Source: a virus (Duplodnaviria > Caudoviricetes). From it: a stretch of 49,057 bases of DNA. Positions 8,870-18,249 of this stretch are shown piece by piece. The DNA is taken from IMG/VR virus record IMGVR_UViG_3300043485_000019, positions 1-49,057 of that record; one strand, written 5' to 3'. Position 1 is the stretch's first letter, and each line of letters starts with the position of its first letter. The notes under the pieces were generated by a model. It did not search any database. It saw nothing but the letters and a program-made list of their open reading frames with translations, and was not told the DNA's origin. Made by a program: the position numbers and the translations under genes.

Positions 8870-11403
8870 GGGGCCACCGAGATGTAGCGGCCACCCGTTC
8901 GGCGGTCCAACTCCAGGAGGTGCTCAGCGATGGTGCGGTCACCGAGTCTGAACTGAATCACGATCGGCTGACCGTTGGCGCCATTCCCTCTGACGCCACT
9001 GGATATCGAGACGCCGCCCGTCGCTCCCGTGGTGGCGGCTACGAGCGAGCCGGCGGCGTTCTGGACGGCTCCGACTGTGGACAGGATGCCATTCGCCAGG
9101 CCGTGCCCCATGTTCTGGCCGATTCCGTGGAACACTGTCGACGGGGAATGGATTCCGAGCAGGTTGCGCAGCCAGGTGATCAGGCCGCTGAAGATGTTGC
9201 CGACACTGCTCGTGAACCAGTTCCACGCGTTCACGATTCCGTTCCACAGGCCGATGATGAGGTTGTGGCCGGTGGTGTACAGCCAGTTGCCGACATCGGC
9301 GATCGCTTTCCTGATGCCGTTGGGCAGGGTGACCGCGAAGAAGTTGACGACGTTGCGGACTGTCGCACCGACGTTGTACCCGAATTGGAAAATGAAGTTC
9401 GTAAACCCGACGAAGACACCGACCACCCAGTTGATGGCCGTACGGAGGGCGTTCACCGACCATTGCCAAGCTGCGACGATGGCGTTGAACGCGGTGACAA
9501 TCCCGCTCCAGACGGCCTTGACCGTGTCCCACAGGAATGTGTAGTAGCCGACGCTCAGATCGATGAAGCCCTTGATTAGTGGCAATACGTAGGTATGGAA
9601 CCATTCGGCGACGTTCTTGGCGGCGTCCTGGATCCATTTCCATGCCGCGTTCACGCCGTCGCGGAACCACTTCACGTTGTTGTACGCCCAGATCAGTCCC
9701 GCGATAAGGGCGACGACCGCGATGACGATCAGCCCGATCGGGTTGGCCGCCGCCAGAGCGTCGAATACGGCCATGACGGCGTTGAACGCGGTCTGCACGA
9801 TGGTCCAGATCTTCACGGCCGCGACGATTGCCACGATGGCTATGGCGATACCCACGAAGATGTTCGTCGCCGTCTTGTTGTGCGCCATCCACTCACCGAT
9901 GCCCCGGAAGGCGCCGAGAAGCCACTTCGCTGCCGGCAGCAGGGCGGTCCCGAACTCGATCGCCACCACGTGAGCGGAGGCCTTGGTTTCCTTCAGTTGC
10001 TGGTTGAATGTGGATTGGATCTTGTCCCAGTTCTGGATGTCCGCGCCACCCTTTCTCCCGGCGGCGCCCACCTCGTCAGCGGTTTTCTTGAAACCAGCCA
10101 TGTTGTCGCCGCCGAGCATGAGGGCGGTGTTCAGGCCGACAGCGCCGCCCATGATCTTCTTCATGGCGGCGTTGAAGGTCTCGGCGGCCGGCGTACCGCT
10201 GCGTAGTTGCGAGCTGAATCCGGTCGCCTTGCCTTCCAGGGCGGTGAACTGCATCGCCAACGGCCTCATGTTCGCCGGCAGTGCCTGGATTTCCCGGCGC
10301 CAGTCCTTGGACGTGATCGTCCCCGCCTGCCATTCCTTCGCAAGCTTCTGGAGCTCGGGAGGCATGTGCGCGATCATGATGTTCGCGTCGTGGGCGGCGG
10401 CTTTTGACTTGTTGAACTCCCCGACCAGAATCTCGCCGCCCTTCATGTGCGCCAGGACGGCCCGTGTCAGGTACTCGATGGTGCCGGTGAGGCCGCGTTT
10501 CCCGAGCTGCTGGGAGACTTCGTTGCTGTTGATGCCCAACTGCTGCATCTCGTGGATAGCGACGTTGTTGGGTGCCTGGAGGTTGCGGATCGCGAACGCG
10601 AGTTCCTGGCTGGCCTCCTGCGCACTGGTGCCGTGCAGGGTGATGGTGGCCATCGCGGCGGCCACCTGGGGGAAGGTCAGGCCGGCGACCTTGGCGATCG
10701 GCACGACCGTCGACAGGGCGCTGGAGAACTCCTCCATGGTGATCTTGCCGTGCCGGGACGCCTCCACCATCATGTTCATGACACTGACGGCCTGCGAGCC
10801 CGGCAGATGGTAGGTCGCCATCACCGAAGTCAGAGCTTTGGTGACATCGGTGAGGTTGGCGTTCTCCTCGGCCGCGCCCTGAGCCGCGGCGCGGATGACG
10901 TTCAGTCCACCGTTGGCGTAGTTGAAGCCGGCCTTCTCGACCATGTACATGCCGGCGTTCAACGCGTCCGTCGTCGTACCCGTGTCGGCGGAGATCTTCA
11001 GCATTCCATCGCCGACCGCCTTGAGCTTTGACGGCAGTTCACCGGCAGCGGTGGTGAGCAGGTTCAGCTGCTTCTCGAAATCGGCGGCTTCCTTGATGCT
11101 CACGACCGCGGCGGCGCCGATGGCGAGGGCGAAACCTGTGCCGACGTTCATGCCGACCCGCCGCATCCTGGCCATGGAGGTCTCACCCTCGGCGGCGGCT
11201 TTCTTGAACATCCCGCCGAGACTTCCAATGGCCGCACCGAACGGACCGAACACACCGAAGCTGTTGAGGATGTTCCCGACACCGGTAAACGCCTTGCCGG
11301 TCTGCGACATTGAGCCGCCAGCCTGGTTCCCCACAGCGCGGAGAGCGTTGGTGGCCGAGGACGAGTCACCGATAATTTTGATGGCGACAGTTCGGGTCGT
11401 CAT
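8866..11403 (-). CDS. Tape measure protein
   Basis: 845 aa, Ala/Gly-rich helical; ANPIGLIVIAVVALIAGL..AY...WFRD and LGIHSPS motifs. Confidence 0.93.
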   Translation of the reverse strand: MTTRTVAIKIIGDSSSATNALRAVGNQAGGSMSQTGKAFTGVGNILNSFGVFGPFGAAIGSLGGMFKKAAAEGETSMARMRRVGMNVGTGFALAIGAAAVVSIKEAADFEKQLNLLTTAAGELPSKLKAVGDGMLKISADTGTTTDALNAGMYMVEKAGFNYANGGLNVIRAAAQGAAEENANLTDVTKALTSVMATYHLPGSQAVSVMNMMVEASRHGKITMEEFSSALSTVVPIAKVAGLTFPQVAAAMATITLHGTSAQEASQELAFAIRNLQAPNNVAIHEMQQLGINSNEVSQQLGKRGLTGTIEYLTRAVLAHMKGGEILVGEFNKSKAAAHDANIMIAHMPPELQKLAKEWQAGTITSKDWRREIQALPANMRPLAMQFTALEGKATGFSSQLRSGTPAAETFNAAMKKIMGGAVGLNTALMLGGDNMAGFKKTADEVGAAGRKGGADIQNWDKIQSTFNQQLKETKASAHVVAIEFGTALLPAAKWLLGAFRGIGEWMAHNKTATNIFVGIAIAIVAIVAAVKIWTIVQTAFNAVMAVFDALAAANPIGLIVIAVVALIAGLIWAYNNVKWFRDGVNAAWKWIQDAAKNVAEWFHTYVLPLIKGFIDLSVGYYTFLWDTVKAVWSGIVTAFNAIVAAWQWSVNALRTAINWVVGVFVGFTNFIFQFGYNVGATVRNVVNFFAVTLPNGIRKAIADVGNWLYTTGHNLIIGLWNGIVNAWNWFTSSVGNIFSGLITWLRNLLGIHSPSTVFHGIGQNMGHGLANGILSTVGAVQNAAGSLVAATTGATGGVSISSGVRGNGANGQPIVIQFRLGDRTIAEHLLELDRRTGGRYISVAP

Positions 11404-11905
11404 ATCGCGATCACCGCCCCCTCACTCTTCTTGGCTTCGTCCAGGAACTCGTCAACGCTGTCGATCAGGGTGAAGAAGTCGGTGATGGTCAGGTGGTCGA
11501 GTTCGCGGGGTGAGAGATGACAGATTCGCGTCAGCCGGAAGAGGTATTCGCCTCTGAGTTGCTTTAGGTCAGCACCGATGCGGGGATGTTCTGCCCGACC
11601 GGTGCGGCGCCGTTTCCCTGGATCGCCTCGGCGTCACCCGCCGCCTGCGCGGCCACCTCACACGCGGCGGCGTACTTCGCGACCGGAAAATCGAGGTCAC
11701 GCATATTGCATGCCTGCCCACTCTGGACTTTCATCACCCAGAACAGCGCCTGCCACGCCTCGGGATCCATGTTCGACATGGCAACGGACCATTCCTTGAT
11801 GGTCCAGCCGAAGTTCCCTTTGATGACGATGCCCTGCTGAACGGTCACGGCCTCGATGTCGAGGTCGTAGATCTTGTCTTCCCAGTCGACGTGCCAGACC
11901 GCCAT
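11400..11905 (-). CDS. Tail assembly chaperone -1 frameshift product (gpGT-like)
   Basis: G GGA AAC at 11618-11612; -1 frame stays open (KRRRTG...HLSPRELDHLTITDF...AI*) to a TGA overlapping the tape measure ATG. Confidence 0.82.
11564..11905 (-). CDS. Tail assembly chaperone (gpG-like)
   Basis: Between tail tube region and tape measure; contains slippery site GGGAAAC near its 3' end. Confidence 0.85.
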   Translation of the reverse strand: MAVWHVDWEDKIYDLDIEAVTVQQGIVIKGNFGWTIKEWSVAMSNMDPEAWQALFWVMKVQSGQACNMRDLDFPVAKYAAACEVAAQAAGDAEAIQGNGAAPVGQNIPASVLT

Positions 11906-11926
11906 GGTTGCCCCCTTGGCCTCGTT

Positions 11927-12358
11927 TTAGTGGAATCCGGAGCGCAACAGCGCCCGGTCGATCGCCATGACGACGATCTCGAGAATTTCCTCCGTGTGAC
12001 CATCCAGTGCGGGTCGGAGGAATGGCCGAGGCGACTGCTCGACCCATACCCCCCGGTTGCCGAACACTGGGTGACGGATGGCTTTACCGTCCGGCGCCTC
12101 GAAGGTGTACGCGTGCGGTGCCTCGCTGCCGCCGGCGGAGACCTTGATGTTTCTGGGAGTGGCACCGGTTACTTTGATACTTCCTGGGATCCGCTGCGAC
12201 CACGACGCCTCGGAACGGGCGGCGTCAGCGACCAGATCCCCCGCGATCTTCAGGGAGGTCACCATCTCCTGTAGGGCTTTGGGCGTGATGCTCTGGAGGT
12301 CCTTGGCCAGCGCCGTGAGTCCGTTGGCCTGGACACCAACAAGAATCCGGCTGGGCAT
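11927..12358 (-). CDS. HK97 gp10-like tail component
   Basis: RIPGSIK, APHA..FE, RHPVFGNR..WV.Q..RPFLRPAL. Confidence 0.8.
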   Translation of the reverse strand: MPSRILVGVQANGLTALAKDLQSITPKALQEMVTSLKIAGDLVADAARSEASWSQRIPGSIKVTGATPRNIKVSAGGSEAPHAYTFEAPDGKAIRHPVFGNRGVWVEQSPRPFLRPALDGHTEEILEIVVMAIDRALLRSGFH

Positions 12359-13404
12359 CAGATCGCCGTGTCGGTCGAGATGTAGGTGAACTGGATGTGC
12401 GGGTTCGTGCCGTCGTCCAGACCGGTGAACGAGAGGTTCTGCATCACCATGTCCGGCCCGCCGACCTTCGGCGAGGAACCGTTCAGCTTGCACGCGGGGA
12501 TGATCATGTCCAGCGTGCATGGGTTGGTGAGCGTCGCCGGCTCCACGAAGGTGAACTGCAACGGCACCGTGGCGTCGGACTGGAAGCTGTTGTACCAAGC
12601 CGCCGGAAGGGTCCATTCCACGTCCAGCGTGCCGTCCAGCTTGCGGAAGCCGTTCTCGATCTGCTCGGACTTGCGGCCGTTGCTCCCGAAGAAGTACCGG
12701 TCCGTCTTCATCGGGGTCGCGCCTTTGAGGGTGAATTTCTCGCCGTATCCCAGTACGGTCGGCGAAGCGAGCGACAGCACACCGGACGTGATCGTCGGGG
12801 TGCCGGTTCTCACCGTGCACTGGAGGAAGTTGAACTCCCGCGCGGTCGGGAGGTACGCGGCGCTGGCAAGTCCAAGGCCGGCGGTTGGCGTCGAGGTGGT
12901 GAGCAGTTCATCCCGGCCGTCGCAGCCGAGCTTGCACGTCATGATCGCCGATTTGCTCTGGTCCAGTTCCCAGTCCGCGAACTTCACGCCCGTGTAGGTG
13001 ACGGGAGTGACGGTGCCGTCGTTACCCGGGACGCCCTTCTGCAGGGTCATGAAGTGACCCTGCAGGGTGCCGGGCTGATGCACCTGCGTGCACATCCCCG
13101 CGACGGGGGCGGAGATCGTGGCGTTCCCGAACGACCCGATCATGTTCTCGATGACCAGCCCGAAGGACTTGGTCGGGACGTTGAACGCCACGTCGCCGTT
13201 CACGTCGTACTCGACCACGCCGCGCCGGTTGCTGCGGTCGATCAGTCCGCCGGCGTGCAGTCCCTGACCCTGGACGGTTTTCTTCTTCAGTTCCAGGGTC
13301 TCGCTGTTGAACTCGATCGCGCGCGCACCGGTCAGGAGTGGCGTGCCGAAGGTGGTTTCCTGTGCCAGAACGATTTGGGATCCAAGCCCAGAACCGACGC
13401 CCAT
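12358..13404 (-). CDS. Major tail (tube) protein
   Basis: GSGLGSQI..AQETTFGT N-terminus, TLQKG.P, P.VGGPD; position in tail module. Confidence 0.85.
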   Translation of the reverse strand: MGVGSGLGSQIVLAQETTFGTPLLTGARAIEFNSETLELKKKTVQGQGLHAGGLIDRSNRRGVVEYDVNGDVAFNVPTKSFGLVIENMIGSFGNATISAPVAGMCTQVHQPGTLQGHFMTLQKGVPGNDGTVTPVTYTGVKFADWELDQSKSAIMTCKLGCDGRDELLTTSTPTAGLGLASAAYLPTAREFNFLQCTVRTGTPTITSGVLSLASPTVLGYGEKFTLKGATPMKTDRYFFGSNGRKSEQIENGFRKLDGTLDVEWTLPAAWYNSFQSDATVPLQFTFVEPATLTNPCTLDMIIPACKLNGSSPKVGGPDMVMQNLSFTGLDDGTNPHIQFTYISTDTAI

Positions 13405-13595
13405 TACTTTTCCCCATCCTGCGTGTCGGCCGGCTTGGGCCGGTTGGTTTTCTTGGCGGTCTCTTCGGGGAATCCGGCGACTCGGAGGCCTTCGGCGTCT
13501 TCGTCGCTGACCTCGAAGGTGTCGCCGGGGCTCACCGTGATTCCCAGTGGCGTGAAATGGACAGCGTCATCCCGATTGTTCTGGAATGTGGGCAC
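13404..13595 (-). CDS. Small virion-associated hypothetical protein
   Basis: V.PGDTFEV.DEDA motif; RBS AGGAG; stop overlaps the tube ATG. Confidence 0.65.
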   Translation of the reverse strand: MPTFQNNRDDAVHFTPLGITVSPGDTFEVSDEDAEGLRVAGFPEETAKKTNRPKPADTQDGEK

Positions 13596-13603
13596 GATTT
13601 CTC

Positions 13604-14092
13604 CTAGGAGCGCGCGTTGGCGGTGAGGATGAAGGGGCACTCAACGGTCGCGCCCTGGGTCGTCTGGATTTGGCGAACGGTGACCTCGGACAACTCGACC
13701 CAGACGACTCGCGCATCAGGCGGTGAGCCCGCGGGGCCGACCAGTGCGCCGCCGTCGCGTACCGCGGATTCCAGGACCTGCCAGAGCTGGTCTACCTCGT
13801 TCCGGCGGGCACGCATGTCCGTACCGCCGCGGCGGTCCCACAGTGAGCCCTTGACGGTGATCAGCTCGTCCCTGCGGTTTCCGGTGGGATTGCCGAGCAA
13901 CCGCCATTGCGATCGGCTTACCGCGGAGTCGTCAGCCGAGATGGGCGCGGCGTCGGAGCCGACGAAGAGCAGAACCTCACCGGACACATCGGTAGTAGGT
14001 GGCCCGTCTACTACCTTGACCATGGTCGGCCAGGGCGCGGCGGTCCAGATGTCCACGAGCCAGTTGAGCAAGACGAACGACTGCGTACTCAC
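13604..14092 (-). CDS. Putative tail terminator/completion protein
   Basis: VVDGPP..D....LFVG motif; position; GTGA overlap. Confidence 0.7.
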   Translation of the reverse strand: MSTQSFVLLNWLVDIWTAAPWPTMVKVVDGPPTTDVSGEVLLFVGSDAAPISADDSAVSRSQWRLLGNPTGNRRDELITVKGSLWDRRGGTDMRARRNEVDQLWQVLESAVRDGGALVGPAGSPPDARVVWVELSEVTVRQIQTTQGATVECPFILTANARS

Positions 14093-14919
14093 GCGATCCC
14101 CGGAACCTGTTCGATGCTGTCGTCCACCGCGAGAAGTTCCTTGGCGCGGTTGGGGATGCTGTACCCGATACCGGAGATGACGACCTGCGTCGTGTCGCCG
14201 GGGAATGCGAGACCGCCGCCGCCGTTCTGGGTCTGCCACATGTGCTGGGCGATGATCATCCCGCCCAACTTCGCCGTGTCCGTGATGGCGGCGCGGCCGG
14301 CCTTGTAGACGATCAGTCCGGTAAGGAAAGCCTGTCGGCGTAGATAGACGCTGTTCAGGTCGAGGTCGATGACGACCTGACTGGTGTCGGCGAGATTCAC
14401 GGTGTTGCCGAAGTCGTCGGTGATCGACGTGACCGAGACCAGAGGGTGCCGGCGGGTGATGATCATCCCGTTGGCGGACACGAACCGCTCGGTGTAGGTC
14501 TGCACGGAGACAGGACCGCAGAGGTATTCCACGATCCGTGTGGCGGAGCTGAGGAAGATGCGCAGCTCGTTGTCGTCGGCGTCCCTGTCCGCCCCGCTGC
14601 GGTTGAGGAACGTCTTCAGTTCTTCCAGGGACGCCACCGTGGTCTGCGGAAAGGCCACACTGAACTGTCCGGGCTCCGCTGCTACCACCGTGCCGGTACT
14701 GACCCAGTTGTACGTCCATGTGCCGCTGAGGGTCGCCGTGGTGGTTCCTTGGTATTGCCCTGATCCCGCCGCACCAACGTGCGTAACAATCGGGGTCGCC
14801 GTCGTGCCGTCCGATCGAGTGACCGTCAGGACTGGTGTCGGGGTCGTGTCGGTGGCGACCCCGAGCTGGTCCCTGACAGTTGTGGTGATGGTTACGGCGT
14901 CCCCGATGTCGTATGGCAC
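14089..14919 (-). CDS. Head-tail adaptor with N-terminal Ig-like extension
   Basis: N-terminal YDIGD..GTWTYNW beta domain; SLEELKTFLN..DDNELR..AT.IVE..CGPV adaptor motif. Confidence 0.78.
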   Translation of the reverse strand: MPYDIGDAVTITTTVRDQLGVATDTTPTPVLTVTRSDGTTATPIVTHVGAAGSGQYQGTTTATLSGTWTYNWVSTGTVVAAEPGQFSVAFPQTTVASLEELKTFLNRSGADRDADDNELRIFLSSATRIVEYLCGPVSVQTYTERFVSANGMIITRRHPLVSVTSITDDFGNTVNLADTSQVVIDLDLNSVYLRRQAFLTGLIVYKAGRAAITDTAKLGGMIIAQHMWQTQNGGGGLAFPGDTTQVVISGIGYSIPNRAKELLAVDDSIEQVPGIA

Positions 14920-16448
14920 TCCATTCCCCCCGATGCGGTAGAAGTCGTGAGGCTGAATGCCGTTGTCTGGTCGGTAAGAACGGGGCCGGTTGAGGTGTCA
15001 ACGAGCGTCCCTGGGTTCGGTCCAGCGGTGTATCTGACTAGTTCCGTGACCGTCGAGAAGTCGGAACCGACTCGCCCGAAGCGCTTCGTTAGAGAGATCG
15101 AGTCGATGACGGTCGACAGGTCGTTGCCGACTCGCTGGTAGAAGCTTCCGATCCCGACCGATTCCGTGACCGTGCTCGTGTCAGAGGAAGCGCGCGTCTT
15201 GGAGATGCGCGCGAATATCGCTTCCGTCACACCGCTGGAATCAGCGGCCATTCGAGGTAGCGACGCCATCCGCTGATTTGAGTCGGCCACAGTCGAGGAA
15301 TCTGCCCCACTCCTGCTGGCCTGCACCGATCTCACAACAGAATCGGTCACCATTGACACATCGGCGGACGTTCGGGCGATCGTGACCTTTCGGGAAACCG
15401 CGTCCGTGACGGTCGACGAATCCGAGCCAGCGCCAAAGCGGCCGACGAAGGACGACCGCGAGTCCGCAATCGCGCTGGCGTCCGAGCCGGACCGTTGCCC
15501 CGCCACCGACCGGACGCCTGTGTCTGTGACGGTCGATGCGTCGCCTCCGGAGCGGGGCGCGGCCGTGAATTTCGTGGATGCGTCGGTCACTGCACAGAAG
15601 TCGGCACCCGTCCGGTTGAAAACGGCGTTCCGGCCGACCGAATCCGTCACCGTCGAGTTGTCGGCGCCGCTTCGAGCCTCGATAAGGGTGCGAGTAGCCG
15701 AATCAATGACGGTAGAGGCGTCTGAGCCGGTCCCGAATCGACCGATGAAGCTTGAGCGGGCGTCGGTGACCGTGGAGGTGTCCGCGCCCGCCCTGGCGAA
15801 CACGAGGGCTCGCGTGATGGCTTCCGTGACCGTGCTGGCGTCCGCCGCGGAGCGAACCTTGCCGCGGCTTGTCGTATTGGTGTCCGTGACGGTCGATGCG
15901 TCAGAACCGGAACGAGCGAAAGTGCCTGTCCGGGTGATGCTCTCGGTTGCCGTGCTGGCGTCCGAGCCGGACCGAGCTTCGACAACAACGCGCACCCCAG
16001 TGTCGGTAACCGTCGAGGTGTCAGCCCCGGTTCGGAACCGGCCGACGAAGGACGCGATTGCCTCAGTGGCAGCCGAGATGTCCGCCTTGGAGCGGGGCAG
16101 CACGGTCGAGCGTGAGCCGACATCGGTGACGGTGGACGAGTCCGCGCCACCCCGCGACAGCAGCAGTACCCGAGACCGGGCATCTGCCACCGTGGAGGAA
16201 TCGGAACCTGACCGCGCCAACGACGCAACACGCGCAACAGTCTCCGTGACCGCCGAGGCATCCGAGGGTGTACGGACGAGAAGGACTGATCGCGTCCGGG
16301 CATCGGTAGCGGCTGACGCGTCAGCGCCAATTCGAAACCGTCCGACGAAGCTACTCTTTGCCTCGGTAACCGCACTCGCGTCGGTGCCGGCACCCGAGAC
16401 TGTGATTCCGCCAATGGGACGGATTGGCAACAGGGCGGGGAGGAGCAT
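14892..16448 (-). CDS. 20-aa tandem repeat structural protein (putative head/neck fibre)
   Basis: 23 in-register repeats R.G(S/A)D.S(T/A)VT(D/E); 60-bp periodicity. Confidence 0.75.
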   Translation of the reverse strand: MLLPALLPIRPIGGITVSGAGTDASAVTEAKSSFVGRFRIGADASAATDARTRSVLLVRTPSDASAVTETVARVASLARSGSDSSTVADARSRVLLLSRGGADSSTVTDVGSRSTVLPRSKADISAATEAIASFVGRFRTGADTSTVTDTGVRVVVEARSGSDASTATESITRTGTFARSGSDASTVTDTNTTSRGKVRSAADASTVTEAITRALVFARAGADTSTVTDARSSFIGRFGTGSDASTVIDSATRTLIEARSGADNSTVTDSVGRNAVFNRTGADFCAVTDASTKFTAAPRSGGDASTVTDTGVRSVAGQRSGSDASAIADSRSSFVGRFGAGSDSSTVTDAVSRKVTIARTSADVSMVTDSVVRSVQASRSGADSSTVADSNQRMASLPRMAADSSGVTEAIFARISKTRASSDTSTVTESVGIGSFYQRVGNDLSTVIDSISLTKRFGRVGSDFSTVTELVRYTAGPNPGTLVDTSTGPVLTDQTTAFSLTTSTASGGMECHTTSGTP

Positions 16449-16451
16449 CGA

Positions 16452-17231
16452 TCACCCCACCTGGAACATGATGCCGTCCAATGAGATCTGATTCGTCCAT
16501 GTCGAGGTCGGAATGACCGCGCCCGCTGATGTGATCTGTAGGCGGCCCTGTGTATCCGAACCCGAGTTCGCGTGGCAGATGTAAAACCGGTCGAATCCTG
16601 GCCGCACGCCCGTCGGGAGAGTGAAGGCTGCCGAACCACCCGTGCCGGACTTGATCATTCCTCGAAGGATGACCAATCCTGTCGGCTGTACCCAATAGCC
16701 GGGCGCCGTCGGAGTGCCGGAAACCCCGGCGTTTACCCACGAGTTTGTGAGCGTTGGATTCGTCCAAGCGTTCAACGTGACGGCTGGGGCGGCTACGAAG
16801 TCTGTGAGAGATGTGGTCGCGATCGCGGACAGGGTATTGCTACCACCCGCGATCGTCTTGTTCGTGAGTGTCTGTGTGTCCGTGGTGCCCACGATCGATC
16901 CCGTCAACCCGTGGACCACGCCGGTCGCGTTGACGTGAGTATTGGCTTCCAATAGATCGATCGCGGCGGTCTCGGCCGTGATGACCGAGCCACTCGCATG
17001 GGTGACGGCGGATGTTCCGTCATATCCACGAGTGATCGAGGAGCAGGCGGTCGTGGTCCGGGCTCCGACAAGGATGACCTCGGCGTTTGCCGTGCCTGGC
17101 TCCACAACGGCAGTGAACGGCGCCGCCGGCCAGCCCGTAGCGGATGCCAGTGTTAATGACGTGCCGGCGCCAGTCGTGAGACCGGTTTCGGTGGTGACCA
17201 CCGCCGTGTTGCTGTAGTTCCGAGTGGTCAT
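16452..17231 (-). CDS. Fibre/receptor-binding-like structural protein
   Basis: TRGYDGT.A..H..G, VGTTDTQTLTNKT, C-terminal V.LRG.IK.G..FTLP.G.RP...SLDGI fibre-tip-like motifs. Confidence 0.7.
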   Translation of the reverse strand: MTTRNYSNTAVVTTETGLTTGAGTSLTLASATGWPAAPFTAVVEPGTANAEVILVGARTTTACSSITRGYDGTSAVTHASGSVITAETAAIDLLEANTHVNATGVVHGLTGSIVGTTDTQTLTNKTIAGGSNTLSAIATTSLTDFVAAPAVTLNAWTNPTLTNSWVNAGVSGTPTAPGYWVQPTGLVILRGMIKSGTGGSAAFTLPTGVRPGFDRFYICHANSGSDTQGRLQITSAGAVIPTSTWTNQISLDGIMFQVG

Positions 17232-17620
17232 TAGCTGAAGGTGACCGTCTCGGTAATCGTGAGCTGGTCGCCGATGGCCGAAAGGGTCGCCGTGGCCGCC
17301 AGGACGTTTTCACAGAACAGCGAACCCGAAGACGCGGCGTTGAAGATGCCAAACTTGGCGATCGTCACCGGGATCGTGTCCGAACCGTTCACCGTGAACG
17401 TCTTGGTGAGGGTGAAAATCTTCGTGGTGGTGGTGTGGGCATAGACCGACGCGACCCGGATCAGTCCACCACCACCCGTGACGATCTCGGCGGTCAGCGT
17501 GGTGTCGGTCGCCGCCGCTGCGGTCGCGTTCGCGGTCAGCGCCATGTACTTTGCCGGCGCCGGCTGCGTCGGATTGGCCGTGTTGTCGCAGATCAGGTCA
17601 TAGCCAGCGTTGACGATCAT
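17231..17620 (-). CDS. Structural protein (fibre-anchor-like)
   Basis: YMALT..TDTTLTAEI, GIFNAASSG.L, GDQLTIT.TV motifs typical of phage structural proteins. Confidence 0.7.
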   Translation of the reverse strand: MIVNAGYDLICDNTANPTQPAPAKYMALTANATAAAATDTTLTAEIVTGGGGLIRVASVYAHTTTTKIFTLTKTFTVNGSDTIPVTIAKFGIFNAASSGSLFCENVLAATATLSAIGDQLTITETVTFS

Positions 17621-17931
17621 TCGGCCATCTCCGTCTTAGCCAGGGGAACCGAATCGGCCGGAGCCGGCCGCACCTCAACTCCGAAGTGCGCACCGAGGAC
17701 CATCGCGAGCGCTTCGTTGTCTGATGCCACCCACTTGGGCTTGTCTGGCGACTGTCGCGCCCAAACGCCGGTTGGATGAGTCATCGAGATGAGTGCCTCA
17801 CCAAGGTCAACCTCATCCGGGAAAAGGACCGACGTGACCATGCCGTCGTTGGACACGACTTCCCGCTCACCGGCAGGAAGATCGTGCTTGTCGTCGTTGA
17901 ATGCCGTTGCGGCGCCGAGCCATGCGCGCAT
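17617..17931 (-). CDS. Hypothetical protein
   Basis: ORF in late operon, ATGA overlap. Confidence 0.6.
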   Translation of the reverse strand: MRAWLGAATAFNDDKHDLPAGEREVVSNDGMVTSVLFPDEVDLGEALISMTHPTGVWARQSPDKPKWVASDNEALAMVLGAHFGVEVRPAPADSVPLAKTEMAE

Positions 17932-17936
17932 ATCGT

Positions 17937-18182
17937 CTACTTCCCCGTTCGCGGGCCGGGCTTTGGGCCCGGCTTGCTGGAAACGGTCGCGGTCTCATCT
18001 GCCGGCGGCGCGGTCGCCGCCTCAACGGCAGATTTCTTCGCGGACTTCTCGGCGAGCTCGGCAGAACCCTGCCCGACAAGGACGGTCGCCTCTTCGTCCG
18101 GCAGGTCGACTACGTCACCAACCGCCGGCCACTCCACGCCGTTGCGCAGGCCGGACATGTGGACTTTCATCTGCACTCGCAT
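17937..18182 (-). CDS. Small protein downstream of capsid
   Basis: MSGLRNGVEWP..GDVVDLPDEEA..L...G.AE motif common after capsid genes. Confidence 0.7.
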   Translation of the reverse strand: MRVQMKVHMSGLRNGVEWPAVGDVVDLPDEEATVLVGQGSAELAEKSAKKSAVEAATAPPADETATVSSKPGPKPGPRTGK

Positions 18183-18206
18183 GGAATCCCTTTCGAAGGC
18201 AATCAG

Positions 18207-18236
18207 GAAAGGCCGGCGGCCACTCGGACGCCGGCC
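18207..18236 (-). terminator. Possible weak terminator/stabilising hairpin after capsid gene
   Basis: GGCCGGCG...CGCCGGCC stem followed by TTTC on the minus strand. Confidence 0.4.
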
Positions 18237-18249
18237 CACCACTGATGGA

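Noticed and set aside
15000-16400. CRISPR array suggested by 60-bp periodicity
   Set aside because: Repeats are degenerate at synonymous positions and lie in an open frame; no cas genes.
15382-16491. 369-aa plus-strand ORF
   Set aside because: Antisense shadow of the repeat protein in a minus-strand operon.
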